Assembly: GCF_902713615.1 (NCBI RefSeq)
Contig: NW_024055852.1
Location: 742,920-806,919, forward strand
Direction of reading: 5' to 3'
DNA from: Scyliorhinus canicula
Lineage: Eukaryota
DNA: 64,000 nt
The position numbers were made by a program, and so were the translations under genes. Positions 48,665 to 59,281 of this stretch are shown here, in pieces. Every line of letters starts with the position of its first letter. Position 1 is the first letter of the stretch. Below the pieces are notes generated by a model. The model ran no database searches and had not been told where the DNA came from. It was given only the letters and a program-made list of their open reading frames with translations.

Positions 48665-48682
48665 CCTCCACGCTGGGCGCCA
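48665..48682 (-). promoter_or_regulatory. Primer-binding site, tRNA-Lys(CUU)/Lys1,2-like
   Basis: TGGCGCCCAGCGTGGAGG directly after the LTR CA; 15/18 to TGGCGCCCAACGTGGGGC, and one difference is a G-U wobble. Confidence 0.85.
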
Positions 48683-49741
48683 TGTTTTTCTAAATTCACC
48701 TCTCTGTTTTAGAATTCCCCTTATACCAAAGACCAAAAGGGCCAATATTCTAAAACGGCGAACAGGGATTCTCCCTCCCTGACTCCAGTACAGGCCTCTG
48801 TGAGTGCTATTCGGGTCAAACTCTCCTTTCAAGTTATCCCCCGGTATAACTCATACCTTCACTGAAGAATTTTACTTACTTACCCCTTAATAGCATCGAT
48901 GTCCCGGGTCCTGCGTTCTTAAGGAAGTGAAGTAAGCTAATAACCACTTTTTCAGGTTAAATTATTTTATTATTAACATACTCTTTTCTATTTCATTAAA
49001 TTAAAAACATTATTTACTTTTGGATGTTGTCTGGTTGGTTGTTGAGGCCTTCAGACTCTCTCTCTCTCTCTTTCAATCCTCCTGGTCATCTCTCCTGGTG
49101 CTGTTTTCTCTTTTTCTCCTGGTCTTCTGTCTTCATTGGCTGCTGCTCCCTCGCATTCTTCTCCTGGGCCGTCTGCTCTTGGGTCTCTCCTGCCGCTGGG
49201 CCGCTCCTCTCCTGGGCCTTCCCGCTCCTGGGCCTTCCTGCCGCTGGGCCGTCTCGCTGCTTTCTCTTCTGCTTCTTCCTCCTTCTGGTGCCGCTGGTGT
49301 TCTGGTGCTGGTTTCTTTGTTCCTGCTGTTCTGCCTCGTGGGGAGAGAGAGAGGAGGAGCCCTGGAAGCCCGCGCTGGCTGATCTCTTTGTTCCTGCTGT
49401 TCTGCCTCGTGGGGAGAGAGAGAGGAGGAGCCCTGGAAGCCCGCGCTGGCTGATCTCTGGCGCGAGATCGGGACCTCCGATAAGGATCGGACTTCGGGTC
49501 TTAAAGGGGCAGTCCATCACAATTTTTCAACAGCACAAAGAAATTTTTTAAAACTTTTTTCTTTTCCCTTTCTCCTGCTGCAGGTTGTAATAACCATTCT
49601 GATAGACTGAAATTGCTGCCCACAGTTTCTGTGCTCTTCAGCTGCCACCAACCTCTTGTGGGATCTTTCCCTGCACTCTCCCCGATCAGATATTGGCAGA
49701 CCTCTATGTTTCAAATGACACATTCTGTATTTTCCAGAACA
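48683..49741 (-). repeat. 5' LTR (1059 bp)
   Basis: Same length as the 3' LTR; only differences found are 49262/40909 and 49374/41021; donor-like G|GTAAGT at 48883. Confidence 0.96.
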
Positions 49742-50739
49742 GGAAGGAGAATTGGAGACAGATTGGAAGAACTCAGACTCCAGGCACATTAACCAAAAAC
49801 AGATGGAATATCTGAGGGGACAACAGGTCGAACTAAGGAAGTTCTACCTGTTCCCTAAAATACACAAACACCCAACGCATGGACAGTACCAGGGAAATAT
49901 CCCCATACAGACCCATCAGATCAGACTGTGAGAGAGAAAAATCCTACTGAATAGCTGAAACATCAACACACTGCTACCTGTAGTTTTTAAAATAAATTTA
50001 GAGTATCCAATTCATTTTTTCCAATTAAGGGGAAATTGAGTGACCAATCTACCTACCCTGCACATTTTTGGGTTGTGGGGGCAAAACCCACGCAAACACG
50101 GGGAGAATGTGCAAACTCCACATGGACAGTGACCCAGAGCCGGGAACGAACCTGGGACCTCAGCGCCGTGATGCAGTAATGCTAACCACCGTGCTGCATC
50201 TGCTCCTGGTAGTTGATGGAATAGTGGTTCAATAAATATAATTTGTGGATTAAAAATGTGTGTAATATAGAGTAAAAACAGGAAATAATAATCATATTTA
50301 TTATTGTCACAAGTAGGCTGACATTAACACTGCAATGAAGTTGCTGTGAAAATCCCCTAGTCACCACACTCCGGCGCCTGTTCGGGTACACTGAGGGACA
50401 ATTCAGAATGTCCAAATTACCTAACAGCACGTCTTTCAGAACTTTGGGAGGAAACCAAAGCACCCGGAGGAAACCCACGCAGACACAGGGAGAATGTGCA
50501 GATTCCGCACAGTGACCCAAGCCGGGACTCAAACCTTGGACTCTGAAGCTGTGAAGCAACAGTGGTAACCACTGTGCTACGGTGCTGCCCGATGCTGGAT
50601 GAACTCAACAGGTTTGGCAGCATCATAGAATCCCTACAGTGCAGAAGGAGGCCATTAGGCCCATCGAGTTAGCACTAACTATACAAAAGAGCACCCCACC
50701 CAGGTGTACTTACCATGTCCTCTCCCCATAACCCCAAAA

Positions 50740-51680
50740 GGAGAGGCACAAGGACACCGGCACCATGGACAAACCGTGGAAATGTGGGGACTGAGGGAAG
50801 GGATTCCTATCCCCGTCTGTGCTGGAAATCCATCGGCGCAGTCACACCGGGGAAAGGCCATTCACCTGCTCCGAGTGTGGGGAGAGGTTCACTCGACTAA
50901 CCCCCACCTCACTACACACCAACTTGTTCACTCTGACACCAAACCTTTTAAATGTTCCGACTGTGAGAAGAGCTTTAAAAGAAAAGAACATCTGCTGACA
51001 CACCAGCGAGTTCACACCAGGGAGAGGCCGTACACCTGCTCTGAGTGTGGGAAAGGATTCACTCAGTTATCCAGCTTTCTGTTACACCAGCGAGTTCACA
51101 CTGGGGAGAAACCAGTTGCCTGCCCAAATGTGGGATGGCATTCACTCAGGTACGCAAACTGTTGGATCACCAGCGAGTTCACACTGGGGAGAGACCATTC
51201 ACTTGTTCTGTGTGTGGGAAGGGATTCACTCAGTTATCAATCCCGATGAGACACCAGAGCATTCACACTGGGGGGGGGGGGGGGGGGGGGGGGGGTTGGG
51301 GAAACCATTCACCTGCCTGAAGTCTGGGAAGGGATTCACTCAGTCTGCCCACCTCACTTCACACCAACGTGTTCACTCTGACACGAGACCTTTTAAATGT
51401 TCCGCCTGTGAGAAGAGCTTCAAAGGCAAAATGGATCTGCTGATTCACCAGCGCAGTCACACTGGAGAGAGGCCATTCACCTGCTCCGTGTGTGGGAAGG
51501 GATTCACTCAGCATTCCCTCCGGCTGAAACACCAGCGCATTCACACCAGGGAGGGAGCGTTTATCTGTTCCCTTTGTGGGAAGGGATTCATTCGGTCATC
51601 TACCCTGCAGACACACCAGCGAGTTCACAAGTGCCTCCAGGACTCTGCTGTTATTGATGTTAATTACATCCAGGACTGAG
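50740..51680 (+). pseudogene. C2H2 zinc-finger pseudogene (frameshifted)
   Basis: Fingers split across ORFs 50704-51249, 51045-51320 and 51047-51679; 26-G run at 51270-51295 within a linker; extra finger fragment 51900-52050. Confidence 0.85.
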
Positions 51681-53199
51681 CCTAAATCACATCCAGGACA
51701 GAACCATGTTCATTCTGACAGCTGGAGTTTGTTTGAGTTGATGTTAATAATCCCTGAAACTGAGATTGGTGGTTGATAGCCGGCACTGACCCAATGGGAC
51801 AAAGGGCCTTAGAACATAGAACATAGAACACTACAGCGCAGTACGGGCCCTTCGGCCCTCGATGTTGCATCGTTTTGTGCTGTAAAACTCTAGAACTCTA
51901 ACCCATCTCACTTCACACCAATATGTTCACTCTGACACAAGACATTTTGTGTGTTCTGACTGTGAGAAGAGCTTTCGGAGCCAAATGGACCAGCTTACTC
52001 ACCAACGGTGTTCACAGTGGAGACCGTTCACTGCTCCGAGAATGGGAGGGGATTGTTTTCCGGTTGCGCCCCCCCCCCCCCCCCAACTCGTCCTCAACCC
52101 GAGACTGGAAATTCCCGCCCAAGGTAAAGGACCTTGAAAGGGGCGACACAGTAGCACAGTGATTAGCACTGTTGCTTCGATTCCGGTTTCAGTCACTGTA
52201 TGTGCAGAGTCTGCACGTTCTCCCCATTTCTGCGTGGGTTTCCTCCAGGTGCTCCGGTTTCCCCCCCCCCCCCACAAATCACGAAAGACGTGCTGTTAGT
52301 TAATTTGGACATTGTCATGTGAGAGTACCTTTAAGAATTGGGTGCTTATCAAATAGCTGCAGTGATATCAGAGTGTGGGTGGAGCTGGGCTGTCTGTCTT
52401 CACTGCAGCTATTTGATAAACACCCATTTTTTAAAGGTACTCTCACATGACAATTCTGAATTCTCCCTCTGTACCTGAACAGACACCGGAATGTGCTGAC
52501 TGGGGCTTTTCACAGCAACTTCATTGCAGTGTTAATGTAAGACTACTTGTGACAATAAAGATTAGGATTATAAAAAAAATGTTCCAGCAAATCTCCATCC
52601 CACCCACGATGATTCCCACGGCTGGAAATATGACCCCAACAAATGGGATGAAGCCAAATCTTTAAAAGTCAAAGTCTTTATTTCAAATTGTTGCCGTGCT
52701 GTCATGGAAAGGGTTAACTTCTCTGCTTGTTTACAAAAGGGAAGAGGAAACATTCACAAAGCTTCCCACAGCTTGTGAGCTCCGAAACATAACTTCAAGG
52801 CTGAAGTTTACCTTCAGGGATTGAAACATTTTGGTTCCTTTTACAATTGTACCCATAAATTGTGATTCACACTGAAAGGTTTACTTTCACTCAGTAATTA
52901 GAACATTTCACTTTCTCAGTACTGACATTTTAGATCAAATCCCAATTGTTCTCTTCCCTTGTAGCTGGTGTGTGGAGAAGATCATGTTCACTGTAGATCT
53001 GTCAGCACAGAAACCGCACTGTGCTTCTGGATAAACTCAGTCTGCAAGTAGATGAATCTTTTAAACATCACCCAAGTGAAGGTCTTCCCCTGACTCTAAG
53101 GAGTGAGATGTCCCTGTAGTTGATGCTGTCTCCTCTGTCACTGCTGTTTTTATTGCATCACACATGTTCCATGGACCAGTCTCACAGCCCAAAAGGGGA

Positions 53200-53640
53200 G
53201 GGCAGGAAGGTGTGACAGTCGATGGGACTTTCTGTGTGTGAGCAGTTCAGCTGGAATTCCATCCTTGCCAGGCACCTTTCTGCTTGCTCAGCATCAATGA
53301 CCTTTTCCAGCTCAAATGATGAGGGTTCCTTGTCCAACTCAACCATGACAGGAAGCTGCAGGAGAGTCAAACAGAGACTGGGAGATGCCCTTCTCACAGG
53401 GGTACAGCTCACAGTTGTGTTCAACCCAGCTCCTCCTCACTCTCTCACCATGACTGACACTGAGCATGCTCAGAGCACACACCCACACTGCACCTGCGCA
53501 CTGGCCTCGTACACTCACTGATAGGTGACTTTCCGCAGCACAGGGGATTATGGGTAACACAGCCGCCACAGAGCAATTAGTAAACAGGAAGATTCTATTT
53601 CCCATTTAGCAAAACAGGAGATCCACAGTTAGGCAAGGTG
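53200..53640 (-). mobile_element. Old RTE-like LINE ORF2 fragment
   Basis: LD.EPS..ELEK.I then KVPGKDGIPAELL in shifted frames. Confidence 0.55.
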
Positions 53641-54004
53641 CTGGGCATGAAGCACAATGAGAGGTTTGGATACTTTATTTAAGCACATTATTCTGATATC
53701 ACTTGGACATGGGCAGCAACACCTGGGACATGGTAAATCATCTCGTAAAACCAGTGATAGGTTTGTTTACTGTTTTCATAATTGTGACTGGGTCACGCTC
53801 ACGATTCATGGGAAATGCAACTCCCCAGGTTCACTGACCCACTCCCTCCAGATCAGTTTTCACTCCAAGGGTCTTGACATCTGCCGTAGTCTTTATCCAG
53901 CCATGTATGTTCAGCTCACACTGCCCAACAACCAGCCTCTCCTGCACTGGGGCACAGGGTTTCCTTCACCAAAAATCTGTCCTGGTCCACGCACATCGAC
54001 GCTA

Positions 54005-54610
54005 CCACCAATAAAGCACAACAGCACCTATACTTCTTCAGGAAACTAAGGAAATTCGGCAAATCCACACTGACTCTTACCAACTTTTACAGATGCACCA
54101 TAGAAAGCATCCTATCTGGCTGCATCACAGCCTGGTGTGGCAACTGCTCTGCCCAAGACCGCAAGAAACTTCAGAGAGTAATGAACACAGCCCACTCCAT
54201 CACACAAACCTGCCTCTCATCTATTGACTCTATCCACACCTCCCGCTGCCTTAGGAAAGCGGGCAGCATAATCAAAGACCCCTCCCACCCAGCTTACTCA
54301 CTCTTACAACTTCTTCCATCGGGCAGGAGATACAAAAGTCTGAGAACACGCACGAACAGATTGAAAACAGCTTCTTCCCCGTTATTACCAGATTCCGAAA
54401 CAACCCTCTTATGGACTGACCTGATTAATACTACACTCCTGTATGCTTCATCCAATGTCTTTTTCTACATATTTACATTGTGTACCTTGTGTTGCCCCAT
54501 TATGTATTTTCTTTTTAGTTTACTTTCTTTTTATGTACGAAATGATCTGTTTGAGCTGCTCGCAGAATAATACTTTTCACTGTACTTGGTGCACGTGACA
54601 ATAAACAAAT
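54005..54610 (+). mobile_element. Rex1/Babar-like LINE 3' fragment
   Basis: KAQQHLYF.RKLRKFG, NFYRCTIESILSGCITAW, RKKLQRV; ends GTGACAATAAAC. Confidence 0.75.
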
Positions 54611-54964
54611 CGAGAGAGCAATCTGCCTCTCTTGCATTGGTGCACTGCATTTCCTTCATAACACAGTGACATAGAAAGGTGACAGCACAAAACAAAGGCA
54701 CTCAACAAATTGTATCAGTGCCAACTTTCTGCAACAGTCACAATCCCCTGTCATTGGCCCCGAACTCTGTAGATATTTTTCTCCCCAAAAGATACGAACA
54801 GATGAGCAAGGAGCTGGAGTTGGCTATTCAGCCCAGTCTGCTCCACCATTTAATAAGGTCATGGCTGATCTGATAGTAACAGATAGTTGTCCAATTCTCT
54901 TTTCATGGCATCAATTGAATCTACCTCCACCACATTTTTGAGCAGTGCATTCATGATCCCACAT

Positions 54965-56160
54965 GCAGCACAGAATATTTTTCTTCACATCATAAGACAT
55001 AGTTGCAGAATTAGGCCACTCGGCCCATCGAATCTGCGCCACCATTCAATCATGGCTGATATTTTTCTCATCTTCATTCTCCTGCCTTCTCCCTATAACC
55101 CCTGATCCCCTTATTAATCAAGAACCTATCTATCTCTATCTGAAAGACACTCAGTGATTTGGCCTCCACGGAATTCTGTGGCAAAGACTTCCACAGATTC
55201 ACCACCCTCCGGCTGAAGAAATTCCTCCTCACCTGTTTTAATTCCTCCTCATCACCTGAGAAGGAACTGTGCCCCTAAAGCTAGTGTGTTGAAACAAACC
55301 TGTTGGACTTTAACCTGGTGTTGTAAGACTTCTGACTCTTTTAAAGGATCACCCTTAAGTCTGAGATTGTGTCCTCTGCTTCTAGTTTTTCCTACAAGAG
55401 AAACATCTTCTCCATGTCCACTCTACCCAGGCCTCGCAGTATCCTGTAAGTTTTAATAAGATCCCCCCATATCCTTCTAAACTCCAAAGAGTACAGACCC
55501 AGAGCCCTCTACCGTTCCTCATACGACAATCTCTTCATTCCAGGGCTCATTCTTGAAAACCTCCTCTGGACCTTTTCCAACACATCCTTGCTTAGATACA
55601 GAGCCCAAAACTGCTCATAATACTCCAAATGGGGTCTGATCAGGGCCTTATATAGCCTCAGAAGTACATCCCTGGTCTTGTATTCTAGCCCTCTCGACAT
55701 GAATACATTGCATTTGCCTTCCTAACTGCCGACTGAACCTGCACGTTAACCTTTTGTTTTTACATTTTAAAAAAATTTATAGTACCCAATTCATTTTTTT
55801 CCAATTAAGGGGCAATTTAGCGTGGCCAGTCCACCTACCCTGCACATCTTTGCGTTGTGGGGGCGAAAACCACGTAAACACGGGGAGAATGTGCAAACTC
55901 CACACAGACAGTGACCCAGAGGCGGGATCGACCCTGGGACCTCGGCGCCGTGAGGCTGCAGTGCACCTGCACGTTAACCTGAAGAGAATCTTGAACCAGG
56001 TCTCCCAAGTCCCTTTGTGCTTGTGATTTCCTCAGCATTTTCCCATTTAGAAAATAGGCTATGCCTCCATTTCTCCTTCCAAAGTGCATAACCTCACACT
56101 TTTCCACATTGTATTCCATCTGCCACTTCTTTGCCCACTCTCCTAGACTTGCTCAGCGTT
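54965..56160 (-). mobile_element. CR1-type LINE 3' fragment with nested SINE and Penelope terminus
   Basis: ORFs 55509-55700 (LIRPHLEY) and 55835-56119 (MEYNVEKCEVMHFG). Confidence 0.75.
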
Positions 56161-56569
56161 GCTTCTTTTTCTAATCACTTTAAATGAATGTCCTCTGTTT
56201 ATAATCTTGCCCTAAAAATGACTTGCTAGATCAAACGTCTATTGCACATCCTGATCTTTAATGTGGTCAAGTGCCTTTCCATTTGAGAACTGTTCAATAA
56301 AGTTATTAAAATTATTTGTAGCTGGGGCAGCATGTGGAGCAGTGGTTAGCAGTGGGACTACAGCACGGAGGACCCGGGATTGAATCCCAGCCCTGGGTCA
56401 CTGTCCGTGTGGAGCTTGCACATTCTCCCCGTGTCTGCATGGGTTTCACCCCCACAACCCAAAGATGTGCAGGGTAGGTGGATTGGCCAGGCTAAATTGC
56501 CCTTAATTGGAAAAATAAATAATAATTGGTTCCTCCGAATTAAAAAAAAAACGATTATTTGTAGCTTCC

Positions 56570-58170
56570 CCACCAATCAAAAAGAACAAAGAACAAAGAA
56601 AATTACAGCAGAGGAACAGGCGCTGATCCAGATCCTTTATCTAAACCTGTTGCCTATTTTCCAAGGTCTACTTCTCTCTGTTCCTCACCCGTTCATATAT
56701 CTGTCCAGATCAAGGGTGGGCAAACTTTTCCGTGCAAGGGCCACATTCAGAAATTCACAATTTTAAAGGGCCGCATAGTATATTAAGTAAAATAATTACT
56801 TCACCCAGTTATGATTCTGGGCGCCTCATATAGAACATAGAACAGTACAGCACAGAACAGGCCCTTCGGCCCTCGATGTTGTGCCGAGCAATGATCACCC
56901 TACTCAAGTCAACGTATCCACCCTATACCAGTAAGTAACCCAACAGCCCCCCCATTAACCTTAAAAAAAAAAAAAAAATTTTAACTTTTTTTTAATGACT
57001 TGATCTTGGTGGGCCGCATAAAGACCTTTGGCGGGCCGCATGCGGCCCACGGGCCGTAGTTTGCCCATCCCTGATCCAGATGCATCTTAAATGATGCCAT
57101 CGTACCCACCTCTACCACCTCTGCTGGCAAAGCATTCCAGGCACCCACCACCCTCTGCGTAAAACACTTTCCAAGTACATCTCCCTTAAACTTTTCCCCT
57201 CTCACCTTGAAATCGCAACCCGTTATAACTGACACCCCCGCTCTTGGAAAAAGCTTGTTGCTATCCACCCTGTCCATACCTCTCATAATTTTGTAGACCT
57301 CAATCAGGTCTCCCCTCAACCTCCGTTTTCCAATGAAAACAATCCTAATCTACTCAACCTTTCTTCATAGCTAGCACCCTCCATACCAGGCAACATCCTG
57401 GTGAACCTCCTTTGCACCCTCTCCAAGGCATCCACATCCTTCTGGTAATGTGGCGACCAGAACTGCACGCAGTATTCCAAATGTGGCCGAACCAAATTCC
57501 TATACAACTGTAACATGACCTGCCGACTCTTGTACTCAATACCCCGTCCGATGAAGGCAAGCATGCTGTATGCCTTCTTGACCACTCTATCCACCTGCGT
57601 TGCCACCTTCAGGGTACAATGGACCTGAATCCCCAGATTTTTCTGTACATCAATTTTCCCCAGGACTCTTCCATTGACCATATTGTCTGCTCTTGAGTTA
57701 GATCTTCCAAAATGCATCACCTCGCATTTGCCTGGATTGAACTCCATCTGCCATTTCTCTGCCCAACTCTCCAATCTATCTATATTTTGCTGTATTCTGA
57801 CAGTCCCCGCCTCACTATCTGCAACTCCACCAATCTTAGTATCATCTGCAAACTTGCTCATCAGACCACTTATACCTTCGTCCAGATCATTTATGTAGAT
57901 CACAAACAACAGTGGTCCGAGCACGGATCCCTGTGGAACACCACTAGTCACCCTTCTCCATCTTGAGACACTCCCTTCCACCACTACTCTCGGTCTCCTG
58001 TTGCCCAGCCAGTTCTTTATCCATCTAGCTAGTACACCCTGAACCCCATACGACTTCACTTTTTCCATCAACCTGCATGGGAAACTTTATCAAATGCTTT
58101 ACTGAAGTCCATGTATATGACATCTACAGCCCTTCCCTCATCAATTAACTTTGTCACTTCCTCAAAGAAT
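56570..58170 (-). mobile_element. CR1/HER1-type LINE RT fragment interrupted by a hAT element
   Basis: ORF 57316-58071 with GVPQGSVLGP, FADD and RPHLEYC; frameshift into 56981-57319. Confidence 0.88.
56711..57073. mobile_element. Non-autonomous hAT (Charlie-like) DNA transposon
   Basis: TIRs CAAGGGTGGGCAAAC / GTTTGCCCATCCCTG; 8-bp TSD gtccagat / atccagat (7 of 8); GGGCCGCA subterminal motifs. Confidence 0.85.
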
Positions 58171-58559
58171 TAAACAACACGAAAGGGATCGTGCTGGATT
58201 TCAACCCAGGACCTCTCACAAGCTTCAACACTGAAATACCCGAAGCGGGACTCGTATTCCTCGACCAATGAGCCACTTTCTAACCCTAATCAGATTTTTC
58301 CATTATCCTGAAGTGACCTTATTTTTATCGGGAGTTAACAGAAGTGTGTTCCTAACCTCTCATTATCTAAATTTCCATTTACCAGTTTTCTGCCCACCTG
58401 ACCCAGTCCATGGCTTTCTCCCTCATTGTCTAAAACACATCAGCAACTTTTGTGTAATCCTGGTGCATACATTTAAGTCTAAATCATTGATATATACCGG
58501 AATCTGTGGAGCCCCACTGGAAACAGATGTCCAGGCATCATTCAGTCCTGGATGTGATT

Positions 58560-59281
58560 AACAGCAGCAACAACAGCTGAATCCAAACCCTGCTGTTACC
58601 TGTGAACTTGCTGATGTCTGTGTAGGTTGTTTGACTGAGTGAATCTCCTCCCACAAATGGAGCAGTTGAACAGCCTCTCCCAGTACCGCTCCCACGTGTG
58701 GGTGACATGGTAGCACAGTGGTTAGCACCGTTGCTTCACAGCTCCAGGGTCCCAGGTTTGATTCCCGGCTTGGGTCACTGTCTGTGCGGAGTCTGCACTT
58801 TGTCCCAGTGTCTGCGTGGGTTTCCTCCGGCTGCTCCGGTTTCCCCCCACAGTCCAAAGATGTGCAGGTTAGATGGATTGGCCATGCTAAATTGCCCTTA
58901 GTGTCCAAAAAGGTGAGGTGGGTTATGGGTTAGGTTGGAGGTATGGGCTTAAGTCAGGTTCTCTTTCCAAGGGCCGGTGCACTCGATGGGCCAAATGTCC
59001 TCCTTCTGCACTGTAAATTCTATGATTCTGTTTCAGTGTGAACTCGTTGGTGTTTCAGCAGATTCTGTTTACTTTTAAAGCTCTTCTCAGTCAGCACATT
59101 TAAAAGGTCTCTGATCAGTATGAACAAGTTGATGACTCAGGAGTGATGACCGAGTGAATCCCTTCCCACACACGGAGCAGGTGAATGGCCTTTCCCCAGT
59201 ATGACTGCGTTGGTGGAACAGTAAATCCTTTCTGCTTTTAAAGCTCTTCTCACAGTCAGCACATTTAAAAGGTCTCTCATC
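58560..59281 (-). pseudogene. C2H2 zinc-finger gene 3' part, disrupted by L1 (at 59282) and a SINE (58703-59030)
   Basis: [30 protein letters not shown]..; 3' end resembles 51620-51710. Confidence 0.8.

Larger units (their letters stand above)
40330..49741 (-). mobile_element. Complete endogenous retrovirus-like provirus (foamy/loki-like RT), gag-pol intact, no env
   Basis: Paired TG...CA LTRs, 4-bp TSD GGAA (40326-40329 and 49742-49745), PBS, gag, and PR-RT-RH-RH-IN pol. Confidence 0.96.

Noticed and set aside
51270-51295. Poly-Gly insertion in a zinc-finger protein
   Set aside because: A 26-G homopolymer at a frameshift in an already broken gene; likely slippage or sequencing error.
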